DNA from: Clostridia bacterium
GTDB lineage: Bacteria > UBA6262 > WVXT01
Direction: 5' to 3'
Assembly (NCBI GenBank): GCA_009619095.1
Contig: WJOT01000080.1
Location: 1-59,271 of the forward strand
DNA length: 59,271 nt
The notes below the pieces were generated by a model that saw only the letters and a program-made list of their open reading frames with translations, had not been told where the DNA came from and ran no database searches. This document shows, piece after piece, positions 34,792 to 44,316 of this stretch. Made by a program: the position numbers and the translations under genes. Every line of letters starts with the position of its first letter. Positions within the stretch are counted from its first letter, which is position 1.

Positions 34792-36290
34792 TTTCCAGAA
34801 AGATAGAAAGAATATTACTGATCCAGCCACCGTATGACATTTTAAGAATTGAACCCAAGACCACTCAGCCTCCACTGGGGCTGGCCTATCTTGCTGCTGT
34901 CTTAGAAAAGGACTATGAAGTAAAGGTGCTTGATGCTGTTGTAGAAGGTTTCGAAAATGAACAGGTTATCGATAGAGAATTCAAGAGATATGGTCTACAT
35001 TTTGATGACATAAAGAGAGAAATAGAAAAATTTAATCCAGATGTTGTGGGAGTTTCTTGTCTTTTTTCTACTCAGGCTGAAAATTCTCATAAAGTTGTCA
35101 ATCTTGCCAAGGAAGTAAACCCAGATATAATTACACTATTTGGCGGAGCACACCCTTCGGCTCTTCCAGAGTTAGTAATGGAAGATGGCAATATTGATTT
35201 CGTCATAATTGGGGAGGGGGAGCACACTACAAGGGAGTTACTTAGGGCGTTAGAGACAGGAAGTGGTTTTTTAGCGCTGGATGGATTGGCTTTCAGAGAA
35301 AATGGAAGTGTAAAAGTTTTACCGAAGACGAATTATATTCAACACCTGGATGGTCTTCCTTTTCCAGCGAGACATTTGCTTTTAATGGAAAAATATTTTA
35401 AAATAAATACTCCCATGGGAACAACAACTCGCAGGATGCCGAATACTTGTCTTTCTACATCGAGAGGCTGTCCCGCTAATTGTATTTTCTGTTCTATCCA
35501 TACGGTTTGGGGTAGAAAATATAGACCTCGTCCGCCAGAAAATGTAGTAAATGAAATAGAACTTTTAATAAAAGAATACGGAGTAAAAGAACTACAATTC
35601 TATGATGATAACCTGACTTTCGATAGAGCAAGGGCTTTTCAGATTTTCGATGAAATGATTAAAAAAAGACTTGACCTGTTATGGACTACTCCCAATGGAG
35701 TTGCCATTTGGGCGCTGGATGAAGAATTGCTAAGGAAAATGAGGGAAAGCGGGTGCTATAAGATAAGTCTTGGGGTAGAATCTGGCGATGATTATGTTCT
35801 GCACCGTATAATTCAGAAACCCCTGAACCTCAAAAAGGTAAAGCCAATAATCAATTTCTGCAGAAAATTAGGGATGGGTATAGATGCATTTTTTGTGGTC
35901 GGTTTTCCTGGAGAGACCAAGGAGCAGATGGAAAAGACTTTGAGATTTGCCCGAAGTTTGAAAGTAGATAACCTGAGTGTTACTCTTGCTACTCCGCATC
36001 CAGGCACCCGTCTCTACGAAATTTGTCAAAAAGAAAATTATCTCAGGCCGGGTTTTAACTTTAAAGTCATCAGGTCTCGCAGAGGTCAAATTGATACCCC
36101 TCAGTTTACTGCTAAAGAAGTAGAGAAGATGGTCTCCAGGGTTAACTTTATTTCTCGTTTAGAACTCGTCTTCAGGAGTCCAGTTGCTTTTTATGAGAGA
36201 GTAGTAAAGCGACTATTTAAAGAGCCAAAGTTTTTTATGGCTTTGGCTTATGAAACTATTAAAAAAATGTTCTCTTTAGGAGGAAGATAA
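34788..36290 (+). CDS. B12-binding-domain radical SAM protein (second copy)
   Basis: B12-like N-terminal domain, then CPANCIFC. TTG start overlapping the upstream TGA. Confidence 0.8.
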   Translation: MISRKIERILLIQPPYDILRIEPKTTQPPLGLAYLAAVLEKDYEVKVLDAVVEGFENEQVIDREFKRYGLHFDDIKREIEKFNPDVVGVSCLFSTQAENSHKVVNLAKEVNPDIITLFGGAHPSALPELVMEDGNIDFVIIGEGEHTTRELLRALETGSGFLALDGLAFRENGSVKVLPKTNYIQHLDGLPFPARHLLLMEKYFKINTPMGTTTRRMPNTCLSTSRGCPANCIFCSIHTVWGRKYRPRPPENVVNEIELLIKEYGVKELQFYDDNLTFDRARAFQIFDEMIKKRLDLLWTTPNGVAIWALDEELLRKMRESGCYKISLGVESGDDYVLHRIIQKPLNLKKVKPIINFCRKLGMGIDAFFVVGFPGETKEQMEKTLRFARSLKVDNLSVTLATPHPGTRLYEICQKENYLRPGFNFKVIRSRRGQIDTPQFTAKEVEKMVSRVNFISRLELVFRSPVAFYERVVKRLFKEPKFFMALAYETIKKMFSLGGR

Positions 36291-37574
36291 ATGGAATTGA
36301 AAGAGAAAATTGTTCGGCACAAAGCTAAAATCGGGGTTATTGGGTTAGGATACGTTGGGCTTCCTCTGGCAATGGAGTTTAGTAAGGCAGGATTTGATGT
36401 TACTGGAATTGAAATCGATAAGGATAAAGTGAGAATGATTAATCAAGGAAAGTGCTATATTCAAGATATCAAGCAGAATGAGTTAAAAGATTTAGTAAAA
36501 AATAATAGATTGAAGGCAACCGTAGACTTCTCAGTTTTGAAAGAGATGGATGCGGTAAGTATATGCGTGCCCACGCCTTTACGCAAGACGAGGGACCCTG
36601 ATATCTCTTATATTATTTCTGCCGTTGAAGAAGTGGCTAAATATTTGCGCCCAGGACAACTGGTTATACTGGAAAGCACTACCTATCCAGGCACAACGAG
36701 AGAGGTAATTCTTCCCCGCTTGAAGGCGAGAAATCTTCAAGTAGGAAAAGACTTCTTTCTGGCTTTCTCGCCGGAACGCGTAGACCCTGGCAATAAGATT
36801 TACACTATAAGGAATACGCCAAAAATTGTAAGTGGTATCACAAAGAAATGTACCAGCATTGCTGTTACTCTCTATGAACAGATAATTGATGAGGTGGTTC
36901 CTGTCTCCACAACGGAATCTGCAGAGATGGTAAAACTTCTAGAGAATACCTTTCGCATTGTTAACGTGGGATTGGTTAATGAAATTGCCCTCATCTGCGA
37001 CAGGCTGAAACTGGATACCTGGGAGGTGATAGATGCAGCGGCTACAAAGCCATTTGGTTTTACGCCTTTCTATCCAGGTCCTGGTTTGGGAGGCCACTGC
37101 GTACCTATAGACCCCCACTATCTTTCCTGGAAACTGAAAGCTTTGAACTTTTATGCCCGTTTTATTGAACTGGCTGGTGAGATAAATAGTAAAATGCCAG
37201 AGTTTCTGGTTAGTAAAATTGATGCTGCACTAAACGAAAGAGAAAAAAGTATAAAGGGGTCTAAGATCTTAATCTTAGGGGTAGCCTACAAGAGTAATGT
37301 CTCGGATATTCGGGAATCCCCGGCTTTGGATGTTATGAAGCTTCTCAAAGAAAGAGGGGGAAAGGTCGTATATAATGACCCTCATGTGCCTCAAGTAGAG
37401 GGACTGAAATCGATTCCCCTGACGGAGAGTTCTTTAAGAGATGCTGATTGCGTGGTAATTACCACTGCGCATAGTGACTATGATTATAAACAGATTGTAG
37501 AGAACGCAAGGCTGGTTATCGATTCCAGAAATGCAACCAAAGGAATAAAGAGTAAAAAGATAATAAAACTGTAA
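36291..37574 (+). CDS. UDP-N-acetyl-hexosamine 6-dehydrogenase family (WbpO/TviB/WecC-like nucleotide-sugar dehydrogenase)
   Basis: GVIGLGYVGLPLA NAD-binding motif. Catalytic GGHCVPID. 427 aa. Confidence 0.8.
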   Translation: MELKEKIVRHKAKIGVIGLGYVGLPLAMEFSKAGFDVTGIEIDKDKVRMINQGKCYIQDIKQNELKDLVKNNRLKATVDFSVLKEMDAVSICVPTPLRKTRDPDISYIISAVEEVAKYLRPGQLVILESTTYPGTTREVILPRLKARNLQVGKDFFLAFSPERVDPGNKIYTIRNTPKIVSGITKKCTSIAVTLYEQIIDEVVPVSTTESAEMVKLLENTFRIVNVGLVNEIALICDRLKLDTWEVIDAAATKPFGFTPFYPGPGLGGHCVPIDPHYLSWKLKALNFYARFIELAGEINSKMPEFLVSKIDAALNEREKSIKGSKILILGVAYKSNVSDIRESPALDVMKLLKERGGKVVYNDPHVPQVEGLKSIPLTESSLRDADCVVITTAHSDYDYKQIVENARLVIDSRNATKGIKSKKIIKL

Positions 37575-37601
37575 GAAGCAACAAAGGAAAAGGAGAGAGA
37601 A

Positions 37602-38540
37602 TTGGCGTTATATTTAGTGACTGGCGGGGCTGGTTTTATTGGCTCAAATATTGTTGAGGAATTGGTTAAAAGGGGAGAGAAAGTCAGAATAGTGGATGAT
37701 TTCTCTACTGGTAAGAGAGAAAACATTGTCGGGTTTAAAGATAGTGTCGAGCTCATCGAAGGAGACCTCAGGGATTGGGAAATAGTTAAGAGAGTAATGG
37801 CGGGAGTCGATTTTGTCCTCCATCAAGGAGCTCTGCCCTCTGTAGAGAGGTCAATAGAAGACCCTCTCACCACTACTAAGGTTAACATCCTGGGGACATT
37901 GAATGTCTTGTTAGCGGCGCGCGAGGTGAAAGTTAAAAGAGTGGTTTATGCTTCTTCCTCTTCGGTTTATGGAGATACTCCCACCTTACCTAAGAAAGAA
38001 GGAATGAAAGCTAATCCTCAGTCTCCCTATGCGGTTACTAAGTTGATTGGAGAAGAGTATTGTCGAATATACTATTCTATTTATGGACTGGAAACAGTTT
38101 GTCTGCGTTATTTTAATGTTTTTGGTCCCAGGCAGGATCCTGGTTCGCAATATGCAGCAGTCATTCCCAAATTCATCACTCTCATGTTGAAAGGCAAATC
38201 GCCTCCCATCTATGGTGATGGTGAGCAATCGAGGGACTTCACTTTTATAGATAACGTAGTAGAAGCTAATTTACAAGCATGCACAGCAAAAGGGGCACCG
38301 GGAGAAGTGTTCAATATTGCTTATGGTAAGAGAGTCACTATAAATGAATTGGTAGAGAGGCTGAATAAGATTCTCCAAACCAGAATAGAGCCTATTTATC
38401 AGAGTCCAAGAAAGGGTGATGTGAGACATTCTTTGGCAGATATTTCTCAGGCTGGGAAGACTCTCCATTATTCACCTGAGATTGGGTTTGATGAGGGTCT
38501 AGAAAAGACTGTTCAAGGGTTTAAAGGTACCTTTTTCTAA
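37602..38540 (+). CDS. SDR-family nucleotide-sugar 4-epimerase (WbpP/TviC-like)
   Basis: VTGGAGFIGSN, YAVTK (YxxxK). TTG start. Adjacent to the dehydrogenase. Confidence 0.8.
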   Translation: MALYLVTGGAGFIGSNIVEELVKRGEKVRIVDDFSTGKRENIVGFKDSVELIEGDLRDWEIVKRVMAGVDFVLHQGALPSVERSIEDPLTTTKVNILGTLNVLLAAREVKVKRVVYASSSSVYGDTPTLPKKEGMKANPQSPYAVTKLIGEEYCRIYYSIYGLETVCLRYFNVFGPRQDPGSQYAAVIPKFITLMLKGKSPPIYGDGEQSRDFTFIDNVVEANLQACTAKGAPGEVFNIAYGKRVTINELVERLNKILQTRIEPIYQSPRKGDVRHSLADISQAGKTLHYSPEIGFDEGLEKTVQGFKGTFF

Positions 38541-38549
38541 ATTCCAATT

Positions 38550-38632
38550 GGTCGGGTACTCTTCAGAGTGCCGTCCTTCGTCACCCTGCCCCGTCCCGAT
38601 ACCGGGACGGGATCGGGAAAGGGCGACCGACC
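38550..38632 (+). repeat. 83-nt MITE-like composite repeat with GGTCGG/CCGACC termini and a nested inner hairpin
   Basis: ggtcgggtactcttcagagtgcc, gtcc, then ttcgtcaccc[tgccccgtcccgataccgggacgggatcgggaaa]gggcgaccgacc. Short forms without the bracketed insert occur at 8313-8366 and inverted at 48465-48518. Confidence 0.85.
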
Positions 38633-38679
38633 AGTTTAGCTGGAGTTGTTGCAAAAGCAAGGTAATTAAAAGGGGAAAG

Positions 38680-39702
38680 ATGAATATTAAGTTAATAATT
38701 GGTGTTGCAACAGTTATCATCTTTGTTATATTATACTTTTTGTTAAAAGGACTCTTACTCTCACTTTCCCGAAAAAAGAAGTATAGAAAAGTGGAAGATA
38801 GGATAAAGAGAAGTATAAAACCTCTCTCTAAAGAGAAAGGAGGTGAGAAAAGGTATTCGGTTTCTGAATATGAGGAATGTATCAGGAGGACTAAGGATAA
38901 AAATGTGAAAGCCTGGGGGAAGTGGCTTCTGGCTCAATTTTATCATAATAATCCCCATCGCCAGAAAGATTACCTTGATAAAGCAATTGAGTGCTATACA
39001 GATATAATGAAGGAATTTTCGGATTACCCTTTTCACGAAGAGAGTTTATTCCGCTTGGGAAAGCTTCTCTTCTTTGAGAAGTTAGATCATAGGAAAGTCT
39101 GCTATGTATATCAACAGTTGCTCGAGAGATATCCCCGCTCTAAATGGGTGATTATTGCCAAGGAGAGAGTGAAGCTCGTTAGAAATAATCTTACCTACCC
39201 TCATGCATTAAATGATTATATTCTTGCAGAAAAATATTTTGAACGGGGCAAATATGAAAAGAGTATCCAAAATTTGCTCGATATCATTGAAAAATATCCC
39301 AAATCAGGTCTGGCCAGCGAGGCTTTATATTTTCTGGGTGACATATATCAGTTTAAACTTAAAGATTACAGTAAGGCAATAGGTGAATATCAGAATCTTA
39401 TTCAGGAGTTTCCTCAGAGTAGATTTGTGGCCAATGCCCAATTTAAAATTGCCGAATGTTGTCGTAAACTGGAAAAGTGGCAAGAGGCAATTAAAGCCTA
39501 CGAGAAATTCATAAAAAATTACAGTCAATATGGCTATTCCGATTACGCCCAATTCTATATGGGGCAGTGCTATGAGAAATTGGAGGATTGGAAAAAGGCA
39601 AAAGATACATATAGTTCAATTTCCACGAATTATCCTGAAAGCATATGGACTGATATTGCCCGTAACAGGATTAAATATTTAGATAAACACCCGGGAGGTT
39701 AA
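38680..39702 (+). CDS. TPR-repeat protein with an N-terminal TM anchor (YbgF/BamD-like repeats)
   Basis: I chose the internal ATG at 38680, which follows AAAAGGGGA, because the tracked start at 38548 reads through the repeat. TM IIGVATVIIFVILYFLL. Multiple TPR-like units. Confidence 0.7.
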   Translation: MNIKLIIGVATVIIFVILYFLLKGLLLSLSRKKKYRKVEDRIKRSIKPLSKEKGGEKRYSVSEYEECIRRTKDKNVKAWGKWLLAQFYHNNPHRQKDYLDKAIECYTDIMKEFSDYPFHEESLFRLGKLLFFEKLDHRKVCYVYQQLLERYPRSKWVIIAKERVKLVRNNLTYPHALNDYILAEKYFERGKYEKSIQNLLDIIEKYPKSGLASEALYFLGDIYQFKLKDYSKAIGEYQNLIQEFPQSRFVANAQFKIAECCRKLEKWQEAIKAYEKFIKNYSQYGYSDYAQFYMGQCYEKLEDWKKAKDTYSSISTNYPESIWTDIARNRIKYLDKHPGG

Positions 39703-39704
39703 CT

Positions 39705-40715
39705 ATGGTTTTCTATGTAGTGGCGTTTTTCTTTGCTCTGGCTCTAGCGTATGTGTTGACTCCGCTATTGCGAAAAATAGCACTTAAGTTTGGAATTCTC
39801 GACCATCCGGTCCCGGCTATAAAAATTCATCTAAAGCCAGTTCCCTATTTAGGAGGCTTAGCCATCTGGTTGGCTTTTATTGTGACTCTTCTGGGAGTGA
39901 GGCTCCTCACCAGTTTTCCTACAGGCACGCTTCATAATCTCCGAGGAATCTTCTATGGGGGAACTTTGATAATGGTCTTAGGACTTATCGACGACATTTG
40001 GAAGCTCGACTACAGGGTAAAACTTTTTGGACAGTTCATTGCTAGCATCATCTTAATCCTGTATAATATCAGAATAGAATTCATTTCCAGTCTCCCCCTG
40101 TCCGTTTTTCTAACTATTTTCTGGGTAGTAGGCATAACTAATGCAATTAACATTATTGATATAATGGATGGTTTGGCTGCGGGAGTGGTAGTTATTGCCG
40201 GTTTGGCTTTTTTCTTCATTGCTTTACCCACGGAAAAGATTTATGTCAACTTTGCTGCCTTAGCTCTGGCTGGAAGTTGCCTCGGTTTCTTAAGATACAA
40301 CTGGCGCCCGGCCAGGATATTTATGGGAGATTCCGGGAGCCTGTTTATCGGGTTCATTCTGGCTGCTATCTCATTGGGGGAAAGTTATACAACAATAAAT
40401 AATATTGGGCTTTTTGCTCCCTTTTTAGTCTTAGGCATTCCCATATATGACACCTTATTGGTCATATTTTTCCGGATACTTAAAGGGAAGTCGATATTTG
40501 CTGGAAGTCGTGACCATTTTGCTTTCAGGCTGGAGGCAATGGGATATAATAGAAAGAAAGTCGTTCTGATTAATTACTATCTTACAGCAATCTTAGGACT
40601 TGCAGCATTTCTTATTACCACAGTTAAATTTGAACTTGCAGTGATTATATATGCAGCGATTATCGCTTTTGCTATTCTTTATGCCACTCGTTTAATTTAT
40701 GTCAAGGTGGAATGA
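39705..40715 (+). CDS. Polyprenyl-phosphate N-acetylhexosamine-1-phosphate transferase (WecA/MraY family)
   Basis: 336 aa and polytopic. LIDDIWKL and NAINIIDIMDGLA motifs. Confidence 0.8.
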   Translation: MVFYVVAFFFALALAYVLTPLLRKIALKFGILDHPVPAIKIHLKPVPYLGGLAIWLAFIVTLLGVRLLTSFPTGTLHNLRGIFYGGTLIMVLGLIDDIWKLDYRVKLFGQFIASIILILYNIRIEFISSLPLSVFLTIFWVVGITNAINIIDIMDGLAAGVVVIAGLAFFFIALPTEKIYVNFAALALAGSCLGFLRYNWRPARIFMGDSGSLFIGFILAAISLGESYTTINNIGLFAPFLVLGIPIYDTLLVIFFRILKGKSIFAGSRDHFAFRLEAMGYNRKKVVLINYYLTAILGLAAFLITTVKFELAVIIYAAIIAFAILYATRLIYVKVE

Positions 40716-42073
40716 TGGCTGGAAAAATGTTAATAATAGGAGCGGGATTAACCGGTTTAAGCACTGCTTTCCATCTGGAAAAGATGGGAGGAATAGACTA
40801 CTCGGTTTATGAGAAAGAGAAGAGGGTCGGTGGCTTATGCCGCTCAGAGTATAAGCCATGTCCAGGATTGAAAGGGAAGTTTACCTTCGATATCCTGGGA
40901 CACCTCCTGCACCTGAAAGAAGAATATACAATAGGATTGGTAAGAAGACTCCTGAAGGAAAATCTCACGACCGACATCCCAAGAGATTCCTGGATCTATT
41001 CAAAAGGTGTGTATACGAGGTACCCATTCCAGGCAAACACATATGGTTTGCCACCAAAAGTGGTGAAAGAATGTGTCTTTGGATTTATTAGTGCCAAGTA
41101 CCATTCTCTTCACTGCAAGACACGTCCACCTGAGGGATCGTTCTATAATTGGATTCTGCAAAATTTTGGAGAGGGGATTGCTAAACATTTTATGATTCCC
41201 TATAATCAAAAAATATGGACAGTCCATCCACGAGACTTGACTTGTGGATGGATAAAAGTGAACCCCAAATATGTGCCTTCGCCTAACATTCAGGAGGTAG
41301 TAATTGGCGCTTTGGAAGACCAGAAAAAACATTTTGGATACAATGTCCGTTTCGACTATCCCCGCAGAGGGGGGATCCAGAAATTGCCTGATGCATTTGA
41401 AGCGAAGATTAAGAATCTGGAATTGAACACAAACTTTTCCAGAGTGAACATAAGAAAAAAGGTGGCTTACTTCGATGGTGGAAAAATCGAGGAGAAGTTC
41501 CGATTTCTGGTTTCCACAGTTCCTCTACCAGAATTAATTTTAGAGATAATAGAGGATGTGCCAGAAAAGGTTAAGAACGCTGCTCTTAAATTGAAATATA
41601 CTTCAGTTTTGAGTTTGAATCTGGGAATTAAACGCGAGGAGATGGACCATGGACATTGGGTCTATTTTCCTGAAAAGGAATATCTCTTTTATCGGGTCGG
41701 CTTTCCCAAGAAGTTTTCAGATGAGATGTGCCCTCCTGGCACAAGCTCAGTCTATGTTGAGATTGCCTATAAGCCAGAGCCAATAACTCAAGAAAAAGAG
41801 GAAAAATTTGTCGCCAGGGCAAAAAAGAACCTAGTCAAGGCTGGGATTCTGAGAACAGAGCGTGAAATCCTTGTGGAGCATCGGGAACGGATAGCCTATG
41901 CTTATGTCATTTATGACCGAAATCGAGACAGGAATTTAAAGATAATTCAGGATTATCTGAAAGAGAAAGATATTTATTCAGTGGGACGATATGGTGGCTG
42001 GAAGTATTCTACCATGGAAGAGGCGATTTTAGAAGGAAAGGAAGTTGCAGAAAAGTTGGTTTCAGAATTGTAA
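40712..42073 (+). CDS. FAD-dependent oxidoreductase (amine-oxidase / UDP-galactopyranose-mutase-like fold)
   Basis: N-terminal IIGAGLTGLS...YEKEKRVGG dinucleotide-binding motif. 453 aa. Confidence 0.6.
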   Translation: MMAGKMLIIGAGLTGLSTAFHLEKMGGIDYSVYEKEKRVGGLCRSEYKPCPGLKGKFTFDILGHLLHLKEEYTIGLVRRLLKENLTTDIPRDSWIYSKGVYTRYPFQANTYGLPPKVVKECVFGFISAKYHSLHCKTRPPEGSFYNWILQNFGEGIAKHFMIPYNQKIWTVHPRDLTCGWIKVNPKYVPSPNIQEVVIGALEDQKKHFGYNVRFDYPRRGGIQKLPDAFEAKIKNLELNTNFSRVNIRKKVAYFDGGKIEEKFRFLVSTVPLPELILEIIEDVPEKVKNAALKLKYTSVLSLNLGIKREEMDHGHWVYFPEKEYLFYRVGFPKKFSDEMCPPGTSSVYVEIAYKPEPITQEKEEKFVARAKKNLVKAGILRTEREILVEHRERIAYAYVIYDRNRDRNLKIIQDYLKEKDIYSVGRYGGWKYSTMEEAILEGKEVAEKLVSEL

Positions 42074-42082
42074 TATAATCAT

Positions 42083-42201
42083 GTCACTGCGAGCGACTGA
42101 AAGGAGCGTGGCAGTCAGGAGATTGCTTCGGTCACTTCGTTTCCTCGCAATGACAGGTTTGCTGCTACAGTATGCGCCCGACCAGGGCGGGTCGGTCGGC
42201 C
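42083..42201. repeat. 72-nt palindromic element (gtcaYtgcga family) plus back-to-back GGTCGG-type termini
   Basis: gtcactgcgag...ctcgcaatgac at 42083-42154. A related half-copy is at 56815-56843. gcgcccgaccagggcgggtcggtcggcc is at 42174-42201. Confidence 0.75.
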
Positions 42202-42215
42202 TTTTAGGGGGAAAA

Positions 42216-43154
42216 ATGCGTTGTCTGGTTACTGGTTGTGCTGGATTTATTGGATCGCATCTGGCTGAGAAATTAGTTGAATCCGGTTTTGAGGTTGTGG
42301 GAATAGACTCTTTTACAGATTACTACGACCGAAGAATTAAGGAAACTAATGTGCAAGACCTGTTGAAATCGTCCAATTTCACTCTTGTAAAAGAAGACCT
42401 TTTGGGTGTAGATTTAGATAAGTTGTTGGAAGGGATCGATTATATCTTTCACCATGCTGCCCAGGCAGGAGTTCTCGCCAGTTGGGAGCGCTTTGAAACC
42501 TATTTAAATAACAACATTCTGGCTACACAGAGATTACTGGAATCAGTAAAGAAAATCTCTCTGAAATCGTTTATTTTCGCCTCGTCTTCCTCTGTTTATG
42601 GAGATTGTGAGTTGCCGATGAGGGAAGATACACTACTTTCACCAGTCTCTCCTTACGGTGTCTCCAAGCTGGCCTGTGAAAGTTTGTGTTATTCGTATTG
42701 GAAGAATTTCGGGGTTCCTGTGGTATCGTTAAGGTATTTTACGGTCTATGGACCACGCCAGAGACCAGATATGGCTTTTCACAAGTTTATCAGAGCAATG
42801 TTGAAGGGAGAAGAGATTACCATCTACGGAGATGGAGACCAGACTCGAGATTTCACTTATATCGAAGATGCTGTGAATTCCAATATTTTGGTGATGGAAA
42901 AAGCGTGCACAGGCGAAATTTTTAACATTGGGGGTGGTAGCTATATCTCTGTAAATGGCGCGATCAAATTATTGGAGGAAATTATTGGAAAAAAGGCCCA
43001 AATTAAATACACAGAAAAGATGAAAGGAGATATGCGGGCGACTTGGGCGGACATAAAAAAGGCAAAGAAGATGTTAGGGTATAATCCCAGATTTAATTTG
43101 AAAGAAGGTCTAATTGAAGAAATAAAATGGATTAAAGGGGTAATGGCTAAATAA
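42216..43154 (+). CDS. NAD-dependent nucleotide-sugar epimerase/dehydratase (UDP-glucuronate 4-epimerase-like)
   Basis: I chose the internal ATG at 42216 because the tracked start at 42045 reads through repeats. VTGCAGFIGSH, YGVSK. Confidence 0.8.
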   Translation: MRCLVTGCAGFIGSHLAEKLVESGFEVVGIDSFTDYYDRRIKETNVQDLLKSSNFTLVKEDLLGVDLDKLLEGIDYIFHHAAQAGVLASWERFETYLNNNILATQRLLESVKKISLKSFIFASSSSVYGDCELPMREDTLLSPVSPYGVSKLACESLCYSYWKNFGVPVVSLRYFTVYGPRQRPDMAFHKFIRAMLKGEEITIYGDGDQTRDFTYIEDAVNSNILVMEKACTGEIFNIGGGSYISVNGAIKLLEEIIGKKAQIKYTEKMKGDMRATWADIKKAKKMLGYNPRFNLKEGLIEEIKWIKGVMAK

Positions 43155-44305
43155 TGAGAAAGTATGAAGTGGCGACAATTATTACAAAACTGGAACTGGG
43201 AGGAGCCCAAGAGATCGTTATTTACACTACCGAAAACCTTAATCGAGACAGATATAACCCTATTTTAATCTCTGGCTGTGGGGGGATTCTGGATGGTGAA
43301 GTCAAAAGTAATCCCAGGATAAAGTCATTTTTTATTCCCCAACTGATTCGGGTGCTGAATCCTATAAAAGATGCGATTACCTTAATGAAGATATGGAGAC
43401 TTTTAAAGTCAGAAAAGATTGACTTAGTGCATACCCACTCTTCCAAAGCGGGAATTCTTGGCCGCTGGGCAGCCCATTTTGCTGGCGTGCCTCAGATTTT
43501 CCACACATACCACGGTTTTGGGTTTAATGAGTATCAGAAGTGGTGGATAAGAAAAGCTTTTATCTGGGTAGAGAGAGTAACTGCCTGGATTACTGACAAG
43601 TTAATCGTAGTATCTTCCGAAAATGTGAAAAAAGGCCTGGCTAATAGGATTGGGAAAAAAAGACAATATGAGGTGATACATTGCGCTACAAATATTAAAG
43701 CATTTTCTGAAATAAAAGTTGATTTTGACCAAAAAAAGAGAGAATTCGGAATTAACTCTGGAAGTCCTGTAGTGGTAATGATTGCCTGTTTCAAGCCTCA
43801 AAAGGCTCCTCAAGATTTTATTTTTCTTGCCCATCGTGTCTGCCAGGTTTTACCATCCACAAGGTTTCTTTTGGTGGGAGATGGGGAGTTAAGACCCGAG
43901 GTGGAGGAATTGATCAGGAGGTTCAACCTGAAAGAAAAAGTTATTTTGACTGGCTGGCGACGCGATGTCCCGGAGATTATGCAGATTATTGATGTTTTGG
44001 TGCTTACTTCCCTGTGGGAGGGTCTTCCTATTGTGTTTGCTGAAGCTATGGCTTCTGGAAAGCCTGTTGTAGCCACAGCTGTGGACGGCGCTAAAGAAGC
44101 AATTATTGAGGGAGTAAATGGATTTTTGGTCGAGCCTCACAATATAGAAAAATTTGCTGAGAGGGTAATTAAGTTGCTTAGAGATCGGAATTTGGCTCAG
44201 AGAATGGGTAGGGAAGGCAAGAAAATGGTCTATCCTACTTTTGATATCACTCACATGTTGAACAGGATAGAAGCCCTCTACGAAAAATCACTTGTTGACT
44301 TTTGA
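43154..44305 (+). CDS. Glycosyltransferase family 4
   Basis: TSLWEGLPIVFAEAMASGKPVVATAVDGA is the EX7E region. 383 aa. Confidence 0.85.
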   Translation: MRKYEVATIITKLELGGAQEIVIYTTENLNRDRYNPILISGCGGILDGEVKSNPRIKSFFIPQLIRVLNPIKDAITLMKIWRLLKSEKIDLVHTHSSKAGILGRWAAHFAGVPQIFHTYHGFGFNEYQKWWIRKAFIWVERVTAWITDKLIVVSSENVKKGLANRIGKKRQYEVIHCATNIKAFSEIKVDFDQKKREFGINSGSPVVVMIACFKPQKAPQDFIFLAHRVCQVLPSTRFLLVGDGELRPEVEELIRRFNLKEKVILTGWRRDVPEIMQIIDVLVLTSLWEGLPIVFAEAMASGKPVVATAVDGAKEAIIEGVNGFLVEPHNIEKFAERVIKLLRDRNLAQRMGREGKKMVYPTFDITHMLNRIEALYEKSLVDF

Positions 44306-44316
44306 GGAGATTGATT

